Source: Acidiferrobacterales bacterium (lineage in GTDB: Bacteria > Pseudomonadota > Gammaproteobacteria > Arenicellales > JAJDZL01). Taken from it: 64,000 nucleotides of DNA. Numbering within the stretch: position 1 is the first letter of the stretch; the number at the start of each line of letters is the position of its first letter. A program made the translations under genes and the position numbers. The notes beneath the pieces were generated by a model that had not been told where the DNA came from, did no database searches, and saw only the letters and a list, made by a program, of their open reading frames with translations. The stretch lies in the NCBI GenBank assembly GCA_028820695.1, contig JAPPIB010000055.1, positions 128,015-192,014 on the forward strand. The letters run 5' to 3'. Positions 30,001 through 37,112 of the stretch are shown here, piece after piece.

Positions 30001-33000
30001 TCCAGGTGTCGGATCTCCGCTGCTGAACAGCAGCGTCAAAGGATCCTCTTTGGCGCGCAGTACATCAGCCAAGGCACCGCCACATCGTCTGAACAGGCCA
30101 ATTTCGTTGGTGCCGTGGCGATAACGCGAGACCATCGTGGAAACAAATTCCTCGATGTCCTCCGGCAATTCATCCGGCAACGGGTCATCCGGACCAACCC
30201 GGACGACGAATCCGTCGCCTGCCTGTTCCAATATTCCGGATTTTGCCAGCAGCTCAAGTATTCTGCGAAACAGGCGTTTATGGATAGCTTCAACCCCTAA
30301 GTGCTGGCGCAGATTCTCAGCGTTCAGCGTTGCGCCCGTTTCGCGCTTCCATCCGAGTTTCTCCAAGGTCGCAAGTGCATGACGACGCGACCACTGTTCC
30401 AAGTCGTTCAACAGAGCGCTTCTGTCGTCGCGCGAAACGCCTTCTTCAGCGAGATATTCGGCAAGCAGACCGGAACGGCGCGCCACGTCAGCCGGTGACG
30501 GAAGGAAGTCGGCAGGCACCATTCCCTGGGCCAGAACGACTTCTCGCCAGACGATCTCGTAAAGAAGATCATCGACTCCTTCGACTGCCGACAGCAACGC
30601 AGCACGCGTTGCGCGTTTTACGGTGTAGCCCTCCAATGCGCCGATCAGGTGCCCGGCCGAATCGTAGATGCGTATTTCACCACTCATTGCCTCCGCCGGA
30701 AGCTCGGCTTGCGTTTCAGCTTCCTGGACGGATTGCGTCATCTGTACATGGCACAAGACCGTTCGCGGCAGTCGCTCCCTGATCCACAGTCGCTTCCAGC
30801 CAAAAGGCATATAAGTCGTTTCATCTTCAACTCCACCCATAGTCCGCGCCGCAGCCACGACCTGGAAGCAGCCGTCCAGCACGAGCGGATGAACATCAAG
30901 TTTTTGCTGGTCGTAAACGCTGGGTAATGTCACCTCGCCCAGTGCTTCTCCCGGCCGGCACCATATGCCGCCGAGTGTTCGGAACGACGAGTCGAGATCA
31001 ATCCCTGTGGCGGAACGGGCGCGGTAGTAAGCCGCCGCATCCACCGGTTCGAAGCCGGATTTCAGACTGTCGGGATCGATTCGGTCTTCGTTTTGCACAT
31101 CCGGTGCACCACGCAAGACTCGGCACTCCACGTGATTCGTCCATCCCTCCTCGCTGCCTTTGCTGAATATCCTGACACGTCGGGACTTCGTTTCATCTTC
31201 GGAGTCAACCACGAGCTGAAGCCTGCGGACTGTCTCATCCACACTCTTCGCAGGATCTTCCGGCTGGAAGATCAGTGCATTCAGCAGTTGCATATCTTCA
31301 ACAACCACCGCGCGGTCCCCTTCGTCAAGGGCCGCAGATATCGACATGGCGCCGTAGAGCGCCCCTGGCGCAACGACCCGGCCGAACACTCGATGATCGC
31401 TCATCCACTGCGGGTCCGACGCAGAGATCTCCGTCTCGAATGTAACCTCCCCGCTAGCCGACTCGTAGCGATCGCCCAGCAGTGGATGCCCGGCACCGCG
31501 ACGCCGTTCCCGGGTCGAATCAAGCCAGTGGCGTTCGCGCTGGAACGGATAGTTGGGGATTGCGATTCGCCGGCGTTGCTCTCCAGCGTATAGCCCTTCA
31601 AAGTTTACCCGGAGCCCCGCCCGGTACGCTTGCGCAACCGCCTCGAAGAAACCATCGCTGCTACCGGACTGTTGTGCATCTTCCTTCGGTGGATGCATGC
31701 TTGCGAGCACTGTCGGCAACTGCGCATCGTCGCAATCCGGCCAAGCTGAGAGCGTCATCGCGCCCAACAACGGGCGCGGCCCTATTTCCACGATCACACC
31801 GACCCCGGCTTGCGCCAGCGATGCAGTTCCAGCAGCGAATGCCACCGGTTCGCGGGCATGTCGCCTCCAGTACGCTCCCTCAAGCAGCTGGCCGGTCTCA
31901 ACCGGCCGTCCGGTAAGATTGCTGACGATGGCGAGGGCGGCGGGTTTGATCGATATATCATCCAGCGACGTTTCCAGTGCATCCAATGCCGGGTCCAGCA
32001 AGGCACTGTGGAACGCCCGCTTCGTATTCAGCCGCCTTGTGCGAACACTTTCGACTTCGAAACGCTTGCATATGCTTTCAATATCCTCGACCGGGCCGCT
32101 CACCACCTGATGGCTGCCATTGTCTGCTGACACGCTGATGCCAGCGCGACTGGAAGATGAATTGAACTGTTCGACGATTGACGCAACCGTGTCGTGTGGA
32201 GCAAATACCGCGGCCATCGCACCGGGTTGGGTATTCGAAAGGATGGTGCCCCGCCTCTGTGCGAACCGCATGCCATCTTCCAAGCTGTAAACGCCCGCTG
32301 CCTGTGCGGCCGCCAGTTCTCCGACACTGTGTCCCACAACCACGTCGGGACGAATCCCGACACTGTTCCAAAGTGCTGTCAAAGCGCACTCGAGTGCGTA
32401 AAGCGCCGGCTGCTCCCACGCTGTGTCGTCCAGTCTGCCTTGTCCTGCGCCGTCCCTCGCGAACATTACGTCCAGCAAAGAAGCGCCTCCCTGTTCGCGA
32501 AATACTTGCTCACAGCGGTCGAACACTGCCCGCGCCACCGGTTCGCTTTCATAAAGCATCTGCCCCATGCCGGTCCATTGGCTGCCTTGCCCGGTATAGA
32601 CGAATGCCACCTTGATCTGAGAATGCTGTGGGATTTCGTCATCCTGTTTGACCAATAACCGAAGCTGCTCCCGCAGCGACCCGACGTCCTCGAACACAAT
32701 GCCCGTTCGGTGACTGAAATGACTTCGTCCGACACTGGCTGTCCATGCCATGTCGGACAGCAAAGCCCCTGCTGCAGTGTCTTGTGCTCCAATCGCCTTT
32801 GCCTGCGCATCGAGCCATGAGAGGTACCGTTCGGCGAGAGCTCGTGCACCTGCCGACTTGCCCGAAAGCGGAAGCAAGCGGCTGGCACGCTGCTTAAGCT
32901 CTTCATTCGGCATCGAAATATTCTTTGCTGCAGTCGACGAAGTTACCGCGATAGGTTTTGCAGATCCTGCCGTCAGATCTTGTTCGTAAGGTGCCTTGTC

Positions 33001-34395
33001 AGGTGCACAATATTCTTCCACGACAATATGGGCGTTCGTGCCGGAAATTCCGAAAGAATTCACTCCTGCAAGGCGCGGACGTCTGTCGTGTTGCGGCAGG
33101 TCCATCATCGAAGTGACGACCTGTACAGGCAGAAGATTCCAATCCAGACTCGAATTCGGATTGTTGAAGTGCAGGTGCTTGGGAATCGTACCGCGTTGCA
33201 TGACGAGCACTGCCTTGATCAGGCCTGCAATTCCGGCGGCCGACTCCAGGTGACCGACGTTGGTTTTCACAGAACCGACCAGAAGCGGTCGGTCGGCCAT
33301 GCGATTGTTTCCATAGACTGACGCTACCGCATTGATCTCGATTGGATCGCCCACCGACGTTCCGGTACCATGCGCCTCGAGATAATCGACTTGCGACGCG
33401 GTGATTCCTGCCTGCGAGAGCGCCTCTTCCATGACTTGCTCAAGCGCTGGTGTGTGCGGAACCGTGAGCCCGCTGCTGGCACCGCCGTGATTGACCGCTG
33501 AACCTCGGATGACGCCCCAAATTCGATCACCGTCGCGTTCCGCGTCGCTCAGCCGCTTGAGGACAACGGCACCGCAGCCTTCGCCTCGCACATAGCCGTT
33601 CGCGGAATCGTCGAACGCCTTGCACTGGCCATCCGGGGAAAGCATCATCGCATCTGCGCGCAGTTCGAATATGCGGCCACTCAAGATTGCCTGCACACCA
33701 CCTGCGATCGCCAGATCCGCCTTCCCCTGCTGAAGGTCTGAAACCGCATCGTGGACCGAAACCAGGGACGATGCGCAAGCGGCGTCGACCGCTTTCGAAG
33801 GCCCCCTGAGTCCCAGTACGAAAGAGACCCGACCACTGGTTCCGTTCAGGTTGGTGCCGCTGAGGGCATAAAGGCAGGCGGCAGCCTCGGCAGGCTTGTT
33901 CGATCCCACCACCAGCATCCTGTATTCGTCGTTGCTGATCCCTGTATATACGCCGGTGCGGCTGCCCATCAGCTGATCAGGGTCTATTCCTGCGTCCTCA
34001 AGAGCGTGCCAGCTGGTCTCGAGCATCATTCGCTGTTGCGGGTCGAGAAAGTCGGCCTCGACAGGCGAAATTCGAAAGAAACCAGCGTCAAAACCATCGA
34101 TCCCATCAACGAAGGCACAGTAACGGCAGGCGCTGTCCAATTCCTCAAGATCCGGAAATAGTTCATCCACGCGCTGGTTTCCGCTACCCGGGACGATTTC
34201 GCAGACCGAGTTTCCGCCAGATTCAAGAAGTTCCCAGAATTCAGAAATACTCGACGCACCTGGAAACCGGCACGCCATTCCTATCACTGCGACTGGTTGG
34301 ACAGGTTGTAAATTTCTTGCGTGATCCTTCACAGAATAGCTGGAAAATTTGAAGCTATTGTTTATGTGTACCCATGTTGACAATTCAGGTATCAA
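24040..34395 (-). CDS. type I polyketide synthase, 3451 aa: KS-AT-DH-cMT-(psiKR)-ER-KR-ACP-KS-degenerate AT
   Basis: KS1 has DAACASS (C207), EAHGTG and NVGHLE. AT1 has GQGSQW, GHSVG (S690) and RAFHS, which indicates malonyl specificity. DH has HRVFGRVVAP and LDGCFQ. The MT domain has IEVGAGTG. ER has LIHAGAGGVG. KR has TGGLGGIG, LWPK, FSS and GQANHAAAN. ACP has LGMDSL (S2542). KS2 has MTCSSS (C2777), EAHATG and NIGHLE. The AT-like tail has GTGAG in place of GHSxG. A TTG start is assumed, so the exact start is uncertain. Confidence 0.95.
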   Translation of the reverse strand: MIPELSTWVHINNSFKFSSYSVKDHARNLQPVQPVAVIGMACRFPGASSISEFWELLESGGNSVCEIVPGSGNQRVDELFPDLEELDSACRYCAFVDGIDGFDAGFFRISPVEADFLDPQQRMMLETSWHALEDAGIDPDQLMGSRTGVYTGISNDEYRMLVVGSNKPAEAAACLYALSGTNLNGTSGRVSFVLGLRGPSKAVDAACASSLVSVHDAVSDLQQGKADLAIAGGVQAILSGRIFELRADAMMLSPDGQCKAFDDSANGYVRGEGCGAVVLKRLSDAERDGDRIWGVIRGSAVNHGGASSGLTVPHTPALEQVMEEALSQAGITASQVDYLEAHGTGTSVGDPIEINAVASVYGNNRMADRPLLVGSVKTNVGHLESAAGIAGLIKAVLVMQRGTIPKHLHFNNPNSSLDWNLLPVQVVTSMMDLPQHDRRPRLAGVNSFGISGTNAHIVVEEYCAPDKAPYEQDLTAGSAKPIAVTSSTAAKNISMPNEELKQRASRLLPLSGKSAGARALAERYLSWLDAQAKAIGAQDTAAGALLSDMAWTASVGRSHFSHRTGIVFEDVGSLREQLRLLVKQDDEIPQHSQIKVAFVYTGQGSQWTGMGQMLYESEPVARAVFDRCEQVFREQGGASLLDVMFARDGAGQGRLDDTAWEQPALYALECALTALWNSVGIRPDVVVGHSVGELAAAQAAGVYSLEDGMRFAQRRGTILSNTQPGAMAAVFAPHDTVASIVEQFNSSSSRAGISVSADNGSHQVVSGPVEDIESICKRFEVESVRTRRLNTKRAFHSALLDPALDALETSLDDISIKPAALAIVSNLTGRPVETGQLLEGAYWRRHAREPVAFAAGTASLAQAGVGVIVEIGPRPLLGAMTLSAWPDCDDAQLPTVLASMHPPKEDAQQSGSSDGFFEAVAQAYRAGLRVNFEGLYAGEQRRRIAIPNYPFQRERHWLDSTRERRRGAGHPLLGDRYESASGEVTFETEISASDPQWMSDHRVFGRVVAPGALYGAMSISAALDEGDRAVVVEDMQLLNALIFQPEDPAKSVDETVRRLQLVVDSEDETKSRRVRIFSKGSEEGWTNHVECRVLRGAPDVQNEDRIDPDSLKSGFEPVDAAAYYRARSATGIDLDSSFRTLGGIWCRPGEALGEVTLPSVYDQQKLDVHPLVLDGCFQVVAAARTMGGVEDETTYMPFGWKRLWIRERLPRTVLCHVQMTQSVQEAETQAELPAEAMSGEIRIYDSAGHLIGALEGYTVKRATRAALLSAVEGVDDLLYEIVWREVVLAQGMVPADFLPSPADVARRSGLLAEYLAEEGVSRDDRSALLNDLEQWSRRHALATLEKLGWKRETGATLNAENLRQHLGVEAIHKRLFRRILELLAKSGILEQAGDGFVVRVGPDDPLPDELPEDIEEFVSTMVSRYRHGTNEIGLFRRCGGALADVLRAKEDPLTLLFSSGDPTPGDLYLKAPVARAANRILKETIRTLVADRPEGKRLRIIEVGAGTGSATAAILPELPDGQFDYMYTDISAGFFAQAESRFGDGGGAIEYRPLDIEKDPLVQGFAVNSYDLLIASNVLHATRDLQETLTHCLLLLAPSGQLVALENLSGQGWMDLTFGQLDGWWRFADSYRPHHALASPSIWRRALADVGFSEVEVLGVNESDPTEFPDKGVIVAQSAAEVMEAPGVWILAGDRCEMASELATRLAARNQVVMLVENGPSNDKSWEISGAGVVDVSLDMEHRDSWCSLMRSLPSDMDFHGAVHLMACNGRGSDASHEEMAEDVRRIGASALAMVQGMMDVDAKPQLGVWFITSGAQVLEREQGGELAGSVLWGFGKAVILEAADLQPRMIDLDPAPISPEPDLVNELLYPDSENHIAYRSGRRHVARLVRGDAGAERLSLPDDAAWVLAPDPGGVFERPCIKPLQPRNLKPKEVCIAVEAIGLNFWDVFRSLGFIEEGDLGREMYGRVIELGAEVSTVRIGDHVTGLGFGAFAFEMITREELVAPAPTGFSASDLATVPSAFVSAALSYEFSGLNKGDKVLIHAGAGGVGLAAIQLAQAAGAEVFATASAPKQSYLRSLGVENIFDSRQTTFGEEILNATGGVGVDVVLNSLTGEGFIDASLSCLANGGRFVELARRDILSEDEMAQVRPDVAYAILELDVMKKTEPARVGRVLRDVMKQLAAGQVRPIVHSRWPLAEAGTALRFMRAARHTGKIVLTVPPLANGRLRQDRTYLVTGGLGGIGCAVADWLAERGAGTIVLNGRRSPDPEVDRAIDSLRERGFRVRVELADVSDAGQVNSMLARIKEELPPLGGVIHSVGLLSDGALTNQNWQRFQIVLWPKILGAWHLHRSTVDIDLDFFILFSSRVGVMGNPGQANHAAANAFLDQLAGYRRALGLPGQAIAWGAWSEIGEAAEQRDRIERQRAARGGRWFTPQQGIKAFERLVRQDITNSVVMAMDWTVFQEAVEERPPLLEDLLFLDPEESADSPALAVDLISRVRQVPVAEREDLLGSFLQQELKAVLRLSSLPEPTVGFFDLGMDSLMSVEFRNRLNKAFADTYTASNTVVFDYPDIAALARHLASELGEVEPAFAPPAQDEPVSVQPVKIGAEKDGIAIVGMACRFPGAPDLDAFWQQLEAGMDAITDGREDPGPWHGVFGDPAAEDSVSRRGGFVEGINLFDADFFGIRPIEARTMDPRQRLLLETSWLALEDAGICPSPLAGSRTGVYIGLSGSEYRDLAISRGADDSFLGTAPSVAIGRVAFTLGFMGPAVPLDMTCSSSLVAVHQAAASLRAGEIDMALAGGVQTVLSTRVSNFMKEYGMLSSSGRCKTFDAAADGFVRGEGCGVVILKRLSDAEADGDRIWGLVRGSAVNQNGLSAALTVPKGTAQEEVIEEALQQAGIPPCEVDYLEAHATGSQLGDPIEVRAAAAVYGRGREADRPLLLGTVKTNIGHLEPAAGVAGLIKVLLAMKRGVIPKHLHFRDPNPHIQWSDFPVQVTSEMTKWPTSRSRPPRAGVSAFAISGTNAHLVVEGYEAPQYPMEGESGINSPAGAANRIDVSLPAPVTELAVDDLQTRPLRILPLSGKSEDALRKLAGRYLAWLDNGSAAHLNSDALGCKLTDMAWTAGVGRSHWMHRAGILFGDADSLRTRLASLAESDANHSSPATIKPAFAYLADDSHWRGIGENLYGSEPVVQAVLNHLHTMASSELQISLLDVVLGDFGKLDDPACAQPVIYSLQCALTALWSSIGIRPSVVFGTGAGQIAAAQAAGVLSLEDGLRIAARRGALMAALQNECPPDATALEELEAAFDGVKANPPSLSMVNQATGELVGSGEVFDGAYWYRQTYDKVRPGRISETLAQQDIDLIIEVGPQSATGLKVASTWPKAADGESPVTVATLSRSSTDETAYLEAVAKTYESGLTPEFRGLFASEERRRISLPGYPFQRQHFWSLES

Positions 34396-34432
34396 TCCAA
34401 TGAATTATAAGGCTTGGCCAAAGCGGGATTGT

Positions 34433-34447
34433 TTCGAATCATTCGAA
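34433..34447. promoter_or_regulatory. perfect 15-bp palindrome TTCGAAT-N-ATTCGAA about 40 nt upstream of the PKS start (candidate operator)
   Basis: ttcgaatcattcgaa reads identically on both strands except for the central base. It lies in the 238-nt hydrolase-PKS spacer. Confidence 0.25.
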
Positions 34448-34633
34448 GCTGCGATATTGCCTTACGGTTCTGTACGTGCACACGCTGGCGTTTGCCGAAC
34501 GGACAGTGCGGGGCCCCACCGGTGCGATGGTGCGACTTGAAACAGTTTGTCGGACTAGTCGGCGGGAAGTTTTCGAGTACAGCCTGTCAACCGGAATCAC
34601 ACTCGCCGGATACCTGCCCACCATTCAATCCGG

Positions 34634-35569
34634 CTACTGACCAATGTGGACTTTACGATTGTCCAATAGATTATGCTGTTCGAGAAATTCCCTTATTACA
34701 GCAACACATTCCTTGGGCTGTTCGAGTTGAAGCAAATGGGTTGTGTCGGGGAGGAAATCGTAATCCAAGCTGTGGATTTGGCTCAAATCAAATGTCGGAA
34801 GATATGAGTAGGGGAGAACCGGGTCGGCACCAACAACTTTGGTCGGACAGTCAATCTCTTCCAAGTCAACCCAGACTGTGTACATCCTGGCGTAGTTGAT
34901 GATCTGTGCTTCATAAGTACGAGGGCAGCGCAAACTGTAGCCGTCTCCCCCGTCATTTTTTTTTAGCATTGTTCTTGCTGCAAGATCGAGTACACCAGGA
35001 ACGGTGCGGTGATACACAGGAAGCCAGCTAAGCAAATCGACAAACTCATCCAAGGACTTGAAAGTATCTGTTCGACGCAGGGCGGCTTCTGTCGACCGTC
35101 TGGTTGCTATATCGTATTCTTCAGGGTAGTCATTAGGTTTGCACAATGGCGGATCAAACAAAATGCGCGCGGCGAAATCACAGTTCCCGGTGGAGGAGAC
35201 AAGTGAGGCCAAAGCGGAAACAGAATGGAATATTCCGATTTTCGGCTTCTTGCCGTACCTGACATCAATTTCATCGAGTATACGGTCGTGATCATCAACA
35301 AGTGCTGGAACAATGTGATCTGCCTGTGCGCCGACGGCGTTCCAGCCATGATTTCTAAGGTCAAAAACAAATAGCTCAAAGTCTTGGGCTAAAAGCGACC
35401 AAAACGGATAATACAAGTCGATGGCAAGACCGTTGCCATGACTCAATACAAGCCTCGGTCCGTTTGGATTCCCATGTTGCCGCAGATGGATGACAGTACC
35501 GTCGTCCATGCGAATTCTGTGCACGGAAAGCGGCTCAGGCACTTCCCATACCCTATCTTTACATGCCAT
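34634..35569 (-). CDS. alpha/beta-fold hydrolase (candidate thioesterase/release enzyme of the PKS cluster)
   Basis: 311 aa with the oxyanion motif LSHGNG, a nucleophile-elbow variant GIFHSVSA and a C-terminal His in DTTHLLQLEQP. Confidence 0.75.
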   Translation of the reverse strand: MACKDRVWEVPEPLSVHRIRMDDGTVIHLRQHGNPNGPRLVLSHGNGLAIDLYYPFWSLLAQDFELFVFDLRNHGWNAVGAQADHIVPALVDDHDRILDEIDVRYGKKPKIGIFHSVSALASLVSSTGNCDFAARILFDPPLCKPNDYPEEYDIATRRSTEAALRRTDTFKSLDEFVDLLSWLPVYHRTVPGVLDLAARTMLKKNDGGDGYSLRCPRTYEAQIINYARMYTVWVDLEEIDCPTKVVGADPVLPYSYLPTFDLSQIHSLDYDFLPDTTHLLQLEQPKECVAVIREFLEQHNLLDNRKVHIGQ

Positions 35570-35574
35570 GGAAA

Positions 35575-36306
35575 TTACTCATCCGCGATGCGAGCGATAG
35601 CTGGAACCAACTCGTGTGCAATTGCGGCAGCGAAATCAGTGTTGCCCATATCTTCAAGCTTCCAGAAAATATCCGGAAGGTGCGGGAACCTGAATGTGGC
35701 GGACCGGGCGCCATGTCGCATGCTTGGCGGGACTTGGAATCTGGACGGATCAAGAGAAAATCCAGTGCCAAGGGCTTTGATCAGTGCCTCCTTCAGTGTC
35801 CACAGGGTATAGAAAAAGTGAGGCTTTTCTCGAACCTGTCTGGAAGACAACTCGGTTTGCTCTTGCTCACCAAACACTATCTTGCCTATTCCATCAAAGT
35901 CGTTGCTGTCGATGCGCTCCTCGACATCCACTCCAACTCGTCCTTCGGAAGCAAACGCGATTAACCCATGCATGCCACTGTGACTTAGGTTGAAACTCGT
36001 TTGAACCGCCACACCGTCGATCAATGCGAACGGCTTCCCGTATTCGAAATTGTCAAAAGAAAGCAGTCTGTTGTCACAGTCGAGCCTATGACAAAGATTC
36101 ATGCGCAACGCTGCCCGACAAAGCGCAAACTCGCGCTGAGGACGAGAAAACTTATACCGGTGCCAGCGCTCCCGCTCAGACTTGTCAAGCTGCGAGAAGG
36201 CACGCTCCTCACGCGATTTATTCGGGGTCAGATCAACATGGACAACGGACACATCTGCAACTTCACAAAAACATCTGAACCACAAATCCTCATCTTCGTT
36301 AAGCAT
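35575..36306 (-). CDS. Sfp-type 4'-phosphopantetheinyl transferase
   Basis: 243 aa with GVDVEE and FYTLWTLKEALIKALG, the W/FxxKEA motif. Confidence 0.85.
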   Translation of the reverse strand: MLNEDEDLWFRCFCEVADVSVVHVDLTPNKSREERAFSQLDKSERERWHRYKFSRPQREFALCRAALRMNLCHRLDCDNRLLSFDNFEYGKPFALIDGVAVQTSFNLSHSGMHGLIAFASEGRVGVDVEERIDSNDFDGIGKIVFGEQEQTELSSRQVREKPHFFYTLWTLKEALIKALGTGFSLDPSRFQVPPSMRHGARSATFRFPHLPDIFWKLEDMGNTDFAAAIAHELVPAIARIADE

Positions 36307-36360
36307 GATGCTCTTGCATTCAAAAATGCGTTGTTTGCCGTGCCAGTCTACCCTTAATGA

Positions 36361-36396
36361 AAATCGGCCCTCTGATACAACAACAGGGCCGATTTA
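36361..36396 (-). terminator. hairpin plus U-tract downstream of the stand-alone ACP gene
   Basis: In the minus orientation: aaatcggccct-gttgttgtatcag-agggccgattt followed by tcatt. This is an 11-bp stem with a GC core, about 30 nt after the ACP stop. Confidence 0.45.
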
Positions 36397-36424
36397 AATT
36401 ATCCAGAATTGATCGAAGTCTGTC

Positions 36425-36646
36425 TCATCCGGAAAGATGATTGATCAGATCTCGTAAACTGCTGAAACCGGAAGCGACATCGCTCGTTATTGTTACGTCG
36501 AACTCCTCATTAATCACTTTGAGAAAATTCACAGCATCCATCGAATTCACCCCTAGTTCAGAAAAATTGGAATCCAGCAAGGCTCGATCGGATATGCCCA
36601 AGTGCAGCTCAATTAAATCTCCTACGCGTTGCTCAACGCTTCCCAT
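36425..36646 (-). CDS. stand-alone acyl carrier protein
   Basis: 73 aa with a four-helix ACP pattern. The attachment motif LGVNSMDAV is an NS variant of the usual DS. Confidence 0.8.
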   Translation of the reverse strand: MGSVEQRVGDLIELHLGISDRALLDSNFSELGVNSMDAVNFLKVINEEFDVTITSDVASGFSSLRDLINHLSG

Positions 36647-37112
36647 GACAAAACCTCCTTAATTGATGTTTACATGAATTACCAGGTGGCTGCAACCTCA
36701 GCCAAACTTCAAGCAGTTTCAATTGTAGTTTAATTTTTCTCATTATGTGAGCGGTATCACAACTTGATTTCGGCACAGTGGAGGGCTCGCCTGATGGCGC
36801 TCATTCAAGGGCAAGGACGCGTCCAATTGTCTCGCTGCCAAAATCCCTGATTCTACGATGCCGGCTGTGCCGTGTTCGCGCATGCAGATTGGCTGAATTT
36901 GCGAATCGCATATCGAAACAGTCGGTCGGGGCGTTTTGACAGCCGCGAATGCGAGCGTACGGGATGCGCCTTGCATAATTCATCAGCCGATGTCCTTGAG
37001 AATTCTTGAAACGGTATCCACGCGTCACGCCGCGCGGCAGGAGATTCTCCACTGGCGGTGTGCCTGCACATATGTGATCCGGTCAGTTGAGCCGGTTCTG
37101 CTCAACGCTCTG

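Noticed and set aside
24040-34395. Dozens of 60-205-aa ORFs on the plus strand and in alternative minus frames inside the PKS gene (e.g. 26072-26689, 27278-27823, 29785-30300, 31553-32110).
   Set aside because: These are shadow ORFs of a long GC-rich gene. Their translations are Arg/Pro/Ser/Ala-rich and low-complexity, whereas the 3451-aa frame carries every PKS motif in order.
21053-37112. The PKS region as a classical genomic island or mobile element.
   Set aside because: No integrase, transposase, tRNA target or flanking direct/inverted repeats could be seen at either boundary. It is reported as an insertion of unknown mechanism rather than as a mobile_element feature.
36647-37112. Sigma-54 promoter candidates (GGCAC-containing sites near 36770 and 36860, and another near 8075) and small ORFs (36743-37071) in the lptB-ACP spacer.
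   Set aside because: The GG-N10-GC spacing of the -24/-12 consensus is not met at any of the sites. The ORFs overlap one another and look non-coding.
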